Origin: an uncultured archaeon
GTDB lineage: Archaea; Asgardarchaeota; Lokiarchaeia; Sigyniarchaeales; SOKP01
DNA length: 64,000 nt
Reading direction: 5' to 3'
Assembly: GCA_964583985.1 (NCBI GenBank)
Contig: CAZOYD010000002.1
Location: 32,001-96,000, forward strand
The notes beneath the pieces were generated by a model. The model did not search any database. It was not told the origin of the DNA and worked only from the letters and a program-made list of their open reading frames with translations. Made by a program: the position numbers and the translations under genes. Below are positions 58,493-64,000 of the stretch, one piece after another. Position 1 is the stretch's first letter. Each line of letters begins with the position of its first letter.

Positions 58493-60196
58493 TTAATTCA
58501 GTCTTCTTTTGATTTTCCTTTGTGGTTCAGTTATCGTTTTTGATTTTTCTTGTATATCTTCACTTTCATCTGTTTTCTCAACATCTGGTTGCGTTGTCTT
58601 ATCTTCGGATTTGAGCTGTTTTTTAGCTTTTCCCTTACTTGCTTTTTGTTTTTCTTTCGTTGATTTAGTGCTATCCGATTTATTTTTGCTTAATCCAAAC
58701 GCAAAACCGAAGATTATGCCGATCCCTAATCCAGAAAATAAAGCTATCCAAGGAAGGAATGACGAAATTAAATCAGGTATGATTCTAATTTCCTTTGGTC
58801 CAATATTGATATCAGAATTAAGGCGAGTTATCCCACCGTCAGCATCGATAACTACGAGGTATACATACCAGACACCAGATATCAATTCCTCAGTTCTTAT
58901 TATTATTTCCATGCCAGAATGATACTTATTGGTGATATTATACCAATTATTATCCTCATCCAATAAAGCTACTGTTATATAGGTGATTGTGTTTTCTACA
59001 TCAGAGACATTAAATGTGAAGATAAGATCTTCACCATAGTTCACTGAAATTTGTTGTTCAATTGAAAATCCATTAATCCAATAATCATGAATTATTGGTG
59101 CATTATTTATCACGTTTAGAGTCGTTGTATAGTTAGTAATTGCATCATATTGATCTTTTGCTTCAATGGTCACTTGATATGTACCAATTGGCTTAGATAT
59201 AGCAATAATAAACGTTCTACTAAATGTCCAATCTTCATTATTAGTAAATAATAGTGGTGATAACTTTTGACCATCGGGTGCTTGTAAAATTAAGGTTAGA
59301 GTAATATTTTCAGGACTTGTTAATGGTTCAATATCTGTCACGTTTAGATTAATTTCACACTCTTCGTTCCTTTTTAATGGATTTATAGAAATGTTAACCG
59401 ACGCTTCCACTATGGTGGGTGCTACTGGTAATACTTTAAAGGGAATGTAGGTTGCCACTAATTTACTGCTATGAGTATCTGACATGTTAATTTTAACGTA
59501 GTAATATGTATTAGAAACTTCAAAAAGATCAGTAATTTGAAACGTGAAATGATCTATGTCCATACCTAGATCGTATATAGTAGATTGAAGAGACTCATTA
59601 TCACTATCTACAATCGCGACATTCCATTCGAAGTTATAAGATCCAAAATCATTAACAATTAATTCACCATATGCTTTTTGATTTCTCTCATATTCACTAC
59701 TATTTACAAATCCCAAGTAATTCGATACTATTGTTATATTCGATTTTGTAGTTTGATCATTTAACTGTACTTTTGATACATCAAGAAGTTGAAAACTAAC
59801 ATTATGAAACCCTAAAGGTGCATCGTATTCTGCCACATAAATAAAAGTAAAGATGTCTGTTCCTGATTCTCTCTCCATTTCATAAAGTCTTGAACCAATA
59901 TCATTAAATTCTATTCTCATAATTGTAGTGTTAGTTTCAGAGAATCCTGAAGTATTCACTTCAAATTTGACTGAATCAAATGCTCTATAGATCGTAGAAA
60001 CAGTTCGATTAATAGCAGAATAATTCAGATGTGAGCCATTATCAGAAAGATTTAAGAAATACATTTGATCATTTTCATTATAAACTTGTGAAGTGTCCTT
60101 TAGATCTGCATTAGAAATGAGGCATGTACCTATAATGGATACGATTAAAACTGAGATAATTAAAATCCTATCAAATTTTCTTTTCGTATTCTTCAT
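58493..60196 (-). CDS. Membrane-anchored surface protein with beta-sandwich (Ig/cadherin-like) repeats and a charged cytoplasmic tail
   Basis: N-terminal hydrophobic signal; repeats like APTI...LNVTD...YQVTIEAKD and APII...FNVSD...VYLVVIDADG; many N-x-S/T; C-terminal TM plus K/E-rich tail. Confidence 0.7.
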   Translation of the reverse strand: MKNTKRKFDRILIISVLIVSIIGTCLISNADLKDTSQVYNENDQMYFLNLSDNGSHLNYSAINRTVSTIYRAFDSVKFEVNTSGFSETNTTIMRIEFNDIGSRLYEMERESGTDIFTFIYVAEYDAPLGFHNVSFQLLDVSKVQLNDQTTKSNITIVSNYLGFVNSSEYERNQKAYGELIVNDFGSYNFEWNVAIVDSDNESLQSTIYDLGMDIDHFTFQITDLFEVSNTYYYVKINMSDTHSSKLVATYIPFKVLPVAPTIVEASVNISINPLKRNEECEINLNVTDIEPLTSPENITLTLILQAPDGQKLSPLLFTNNEDWTFSRTFIIAISKPIGTYQVTIEAKDQYDAITNYTTTLNVINNAPIIHDYWINGFSIEQQISVNYGEDLIFTFNVSDVENTITYITVALLDEDNNWYNITNKYHSGMEIIIRTEELISGVWYVYLVVIDADGGITRLNSDINIGPKEIRIIPDLISSFLPWIALFSGLGIGIIFGFAFGLSKNKSDSTKSTKEKQKASKGKAKKQLKSEDKTTQPDVEKTDESEDIQEKSKTITEPQRKIKRRLN

Positions 60197-60202
60197 GTTT
60201 AA

Positions 60203-62995
60203 TCATCTTCGTAATAGTTTGTGTTTTAATTCTTTACTTTTATAAAATAAAATGATACCAATCGGAATGAGTATTGGTAAAACGTAAAAGAGTACCAAGT
60301 TTGTTGCGGATAGTTCGATCGACACTTCAAAATAATATTGTACAATAGTCTCCCCGAAACTATTTCTTAATTCAAATGTATACGTTTTCGCTATTAAATC
60401 ATATGGATTTATTGTGGGAACCACTTTAGCAATTACATAATTTATACCTGGAGCTAACCCGTTGATATTTGTGTTCCACTTTTCTCCATTAACGTATAAT
60501 GAAAAGGTTTCAGAAGATTCTTTATTATTTTTTATACTGAGCGTAAATAAAGCAACATTACCTTGTTCGATAGCATGAGGAAAGAAAACGCTTAATATTT
60601 CATAAGCAGGTATTATTTCTACTTCAATGGACTTTGTATAATATACGGTATTCCCTTTAGAAAGATCTAGATTAATATTGATGTAATCCTCAATCAAATC
60701 TTCAGATACCAATAAGTTGTAATGTAGAAATCTGACTTCTTTTTCAATCAGGTCGATTTCTTCCTTTATGTTCTGAATATGAGGACTACTAAAAGTAACA
60801 TTTATTGATTGGCTACTATTAGGCAAAAAATTTATTAAATTAAATGATACTTGAACTGTTTGACCTTTAACTATTCTATTTACGTATATAAAATCCGTAT
60901 AATCAAATGAATGACCAATATTTACACCCTTAATAACTTCTAAATATAAAATATTCCCTGATTCAAATTTAATTGAGATTTTATGTGATCCAATGCTCGC
61001 TCCTAACCTTGCGGTTAGATTAAAAGACACATTGGTAAGTTGCATAGAAGGGAATAATAAAACTTGAGATTCGGTAAGTATATCTTCTTCCTCCATTGTT
61101 ATGGTTAATGTCACGTTATCATTTCGAGTATTATTTATGGGTAGTTCTATAATAAAGGTTGGACCTTGATATAATACATCGGGCAATCCTAAAATTGTAT
61201 AGTTCACTAAACCAGACACAACGTTGAAATTTTTAAGTGTTTGAGCAGTTCTAAATTTCGAACAATTTGCATAAATGTATAAATTATAATTCTGACCAAT
61301 CGGTAACGTATCGTTAATAGCATATTTTAAGTTTGTAATATCTTCTGCAATCGGTTGATTCAATGTTTCAAATAAAGTACCATTTGGATATTTGAAAATA
61401 TAAGTTGTTTCAGCAGATGTTATATTATTTTCTAGTGTAAAAGTTTCATAACTCTTCGTTGTCTGATTGTAATAACTCATTTCTTTTTGTATCTTATAAA
61501 TAGTATCAATATTTAATACTTGCTCATTAAAAATGAAATCTGGTACTTCTGATGAAACATTAAATGACGCATCTAAAAAACTACAACTGTAAATCTCGTA
61601 AGCTTTCATGTAAGCGTCAATTAATTTTAAATTAGCGTTTAAGTTTTTCCCATCATCCACAGGACTAAAGATAGATTTATCATAAGCATTAACGGATGGA
61701 TCATAAAAACTATTTTCAAATGCAGTATGAATATCAAAAGCAGTATTATAAAATGTTAGATTTCCAGTTGATTCGAATAGTTTCAAGCACGCGAGCATAT
61801 AGAGCGAATTTGCTTCAAGATCAACTTTTTGGTCTTGAATAGTGGACCAAATTCGGTCAGCACTATAATAATAAACGTTAGTTGATCCGTATTCTAAATA
61901 CTGCTCAATTTGTTTATATATTGCGATAGCTTTATCTAACAATGTTGAATCCGTCATTCCAGTTTCTAACCAATACTCAAGTAAGGTAATGATTCCTAAA
62001 GCATTAACATCCAAGTATTTATAAGTAGCTCCGGACAAACCACCCACAGACCAGTCATTCCTAGCAAATTTGTAAAACCCATCATCAGTATCATCCCACA
62101 TTGCATCAAGTAATTTATCCATTGTCATGTTGGCTAATTCATATGCTCTGTTTTTAATAGTAGAATCTAAGCTTAATTTTTCAAATGCGTTCCTGATTTC
62201 TAGATTTGTTAAAATTGCATATAAATTGCTTTTTGTATCTTTATTTTCGGTAAAATCAGTAGAATTATACGTTGAAAATCCTGAGTATTGACTATCCCAA
62301 AATTGCGAAGAATTTATCAGAAAAAACATCTCTTCAATCGAATTATAGGGATATTGAACTGGATTTGAATTATAAAGGGATGCAATATCAACTCCCATAT
62401 TTTCAATAAGCATTGAAATTGGCATCAGATTATCAATTAATGATCTTCGATCATCAATGACAAGGCCAGTAGAATTATCGACCGAACTAACAAACCCATA
62501 TGAAAATTCAGCGGCTCCATCATACCAAAAGAGAGATGTTTTTAATGCTAAATAATTGTCATATAATTCTTGCCACCCTAAATCATCCCGTAAGAGAGTA
62601 TTATAGAGCAAAAGAGTATCAATAGGATATACTGTATCATCTGTGATTATTCCTGATGCATCTCCACTTCTAAAATAGGTATCTACTCCCATATTTAATT
62701 CAGTCCTATATTTCCCATTGAAAAATTGCCAGATTTTGTCAAAATTTACTGTGAAGGGATCCTGAAATAATGAAATCCCCGCTGAAGGATTTAAATCCAA
62801 TTGATTTTCAGTCTCATCATAAAAATCTTGGTTAGGAAGTTCTGAAATTTGGATTTTATTTTGATTTTTATTACATGAAAAGTAAATGATATTGGTTATC
62901 ATAAAAATTATTAATACCAGAGATAAAATCTTCCTAAATTTATCTTGTTTTTCATTCCTCCTTAAATGAGATACAATACTAGCGGTAGATTTCAT
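60203..62995 (-). CDS. Large membrane-anchored surface protein: helical (alpha/alpha)6-toroid-like domain plus beta-sandwich stalk
   Basis: N-terminal TM; repeated FWDSQYSGF / MWDDTDDGFY / FYDPSVNAY turns between helices; beta-rich C-half; C-terminal TM. Confidence 0.65.
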   Translation of the reverse strand: MKSTASIVSHLRRNEKQDKFRKILSLVLIIFMITNIIYFSCNKNQNKIQISELPNQDFYDETENQLDLNPSAGISLFQDPFTVNFDKIWQFFNGKYRTELNMGVDTYFRSGDASGIITDDTVYPIDTLLLYNTLLRDDLGWQELYDNYLALKTSLFWYDGAAEFSYGFVSSVDNSTGLVIDDRRSLIDNLMPISMLIENMGVDIASLYNSNPVQYPYNSIEEMFFLINSSQFWDSQYSGFSTYNSTDFTENKDTKSNLYAILTNLEIRNAFEKLSLDSTIKNRAYELANMTMDKLLDAMWDDTDDGFYKFARNDWSVGGLSGATYKYLDVNALGIITLLEYWLETGMTDSTLLDKAIAIYKQIEQYLEYGSTNVYYYSADRIWSTIQDQKVDLEANSLYMLACLKLFESTGNLTFYNTAFDIHTAFENSFYDPSVNAYDKSIFSPVDDGKNLNANLKLIDAYMKAYEIYSCSFLDASFNVSSEVPDFIFNEQVLNIDTIYKIQKEMSYYNQTTKSYETFTLENNITSAETTYIFKYPNGTLFETLNQPIAEDITNLKYAINDTLPIGQNYNLYIYANCSKFRTAQTLKNFNVVSGLVNYTILGLPDVLYQGPTFIIELPINNTRNDNVTLTITMEEEDILTESQVLLFPSMQLTNVSFNLTARLGASIGSHKISIKFESGNILYLEVIKGVNIGHSFDYTDFIYVNRIVKGQTVQVSFNLINFLPNSSQSINVTFSSPHIQNIKEEIDLIEKEVRFLHYNLLVSEDLIEDYININLDLSKGNTVYYTKSIEVEIIPAYEILSVFFPHAIEQGNVALFTLSIKNNKESSETFSLYVNGEKWNTNINGLAPGINYVIAKVVPTINPYDLIAKTYTFELRNSFGETIVQYYFEVSIELSATNLVLFYVLPILIPIGIILFYKSKELKHKLLRR

Positions 62996-63104
62996 GCTAA
63001 ACTCTTTATAACTATAATTTTATTTTTTTATACTAAGTATCTTTTTAAAAAATTTTCTTCTCTTTAAAATTTTTTTCTGCAAACTTTAGTTTTTTAGAGA
63101 TATG

Positions 63105-64000
63105 TCAATTTGTCTTATTGGTTTTTTCTGATATAAATGCTAAAATTTCTGCAATATCGATACGTTCTTGATCCATTGAGTCGCGATATCTAATGGTAAC
63201 AGTATTATCTTCAAGTGATTGAAAATCAACTGTAATACAGTAAGGAGTCCCTAATTCGTCTTGTCTACGATATAACTTTCCAATTGCTCCTTTTTCATCA
63301 TAAAAAGAATTGATTCTATTTTCATTCATATTTTTATAGATATTCTTTGCTAGAGTTCTGATTCTTTCTTCATTCTTTTTTAACGGAAACACGGCTAGCG
63401 TGTTTGGAGCTAAATCATAACTTAATTTTAAGACAATCCTTTGATCCCCTTTTTTTTCAGTTTTGATTTCTTCAACCTCAAATGATGTCTCAAGTAATGT
63501 ATAAATAATTCGATCAGGCCCAAAAGCGATCTCAAGAATTTGGGGTATTTCTTTGTTTTTTGGGTCATTGCCCATTGCAATTTCAAAATTTTCGTTCGAA
63601 AATTTACCATGGCATTTAAGATCATAATTGGTTCTATCATGAATCCCACAAATTTCAACCCAACCGAATTGGTTTGTCTTAATTTCTAAATCCCACGCAT
63701 CATCTGCATAATGAGCCCTCTCATTGGGAGAGTGTTGTCTTAATCTTATTACATCACTAGTAAATCCTAAAATCTTCGTAAGATAGTATCCTAAATACAT
63801 GCAATAAGCAAATGCAGGTTTTTTCAATGTTCCATCTGATATTGCTCTCTTAAGTGATGTCATTTTTGGTTCATTCAAATTATCATCTTGCATTTTCCAA
63901 TCCAAAAGAGGTAAAACGGTATCTTTGACATCTTCGTAGTCTTCAAATTGCATTTCTTGTTCCTTGCTTATGAATAATTGCAATTCAAACTGATCAAATG
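63105..64000 (-). CDS. glyS: Glycyl-tRNA synthetase (alpha2, class IIa); 5' part lies beyond the window edge
   Basis: Frame open to the edge (FDQFELQLF, motif 2), ERAHYA..AWD, GWVEI.GIHDRT.YDL..H, IGKLYRRQDELGTPYCITVD anticodon domain. Confidence 0.95.
   Translation of the reverse strand, partial: FDQFELQLFISKEQEMQFEDYEDVKDTVLPLLDWKMQDDNLNEPKMTSLKRAISDGTLKKPAFAYCMYLGYYLTKILGFTSDVIRLRQHSPNERAHYADDAWDLEIKTNQFGWVEICGIHDRTNYDLKCHGKFSNENFEIAMGNDPKNKEIPQILEIAFGPDRIIYTLLETSFEVEEIKTEKKGDQRIVLKLSYDLAPNTLAVFPLKKNEERIRTLAKNIYKNMNENRINSFYDEKGAIGKLYRRQDELGTPYCITVDFQSLEDNTVTIRYRDSMDQERIDIAEILAFISEKTNKTN

Noticed and set aside
857-63658. Many short track ORFs antisense to, or out of frame within, long genes (e.g. 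857-1105, 6021-6332, 8679-9014, 15129-15485, 29450-29815, 57481-57861, 58509-58922)
   Set aside because: They overlap confidently assigned genes and have shadow-ORF composition (S/F/I/L-rich) with no motifs
1-64000. tRNA/rRNA genes, CRISPR arrays, transposases, integrases
   Set aside because: No GC-rich structured islands, T-arm signatures, repeat-spacer arrays or recombinase motifs were seen by eye; a covariance-model scan would be needed to exclude small ncRNAs

Overview
AT-rich, densely coding archaeal chromosomal segment. It is very probably from an Asgard archaeon (Lokiarchaeia-like), judging by an archaeal histone, L21e/L35Ae, Rpo4 and Pus10 alongside several eukaryotic-signature proteins: two Rab-like GTPases, a RagA/Gtr1-like GTPase, a roadblock protein, an ESCRT-III (Snf7) subunit, a presenilin-like protease and an SDS22-type LRR protein. 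Housekeeping content includes the pus10-rpl21e-rpo4-DUF655-ksgA-hemK cluster, DNA/RNA enzymes (NurA, XPD, RecJ/Cdc45-like, beta-CASP), glycogen genes, H4MPT C1 genes (mch, mtd, ftr) interleaved with a gcvT-H-PA-PB operon, two MTAP paralogues with apt, two large surface proteins and a truncated glyS. I saw no rRNA, tRNA, CRISPR or mobile element. Top leads: (1) a 699-aa FYVE/B-box-like Zn finger + coiled coil + PH/GRAM-like + Q/N/P/Y-rich + steadiness-box-like protein convergent with ESCRT-III, a candidate all-in-one upstream ESCRT adaptor; (2) an SDR(NAD(P)H)-QueC fusion divergent from queD; (3) a duplicated acidic Trp tail of a roadblock protein with mostly synonymous divergence, a possible microprotein; (4) a nucleotide kinase with a C-terminal PIP box; (5) a presenilin with eukaryote-type motifs. 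All family calls come from motif recognition by eye, not from database searches.
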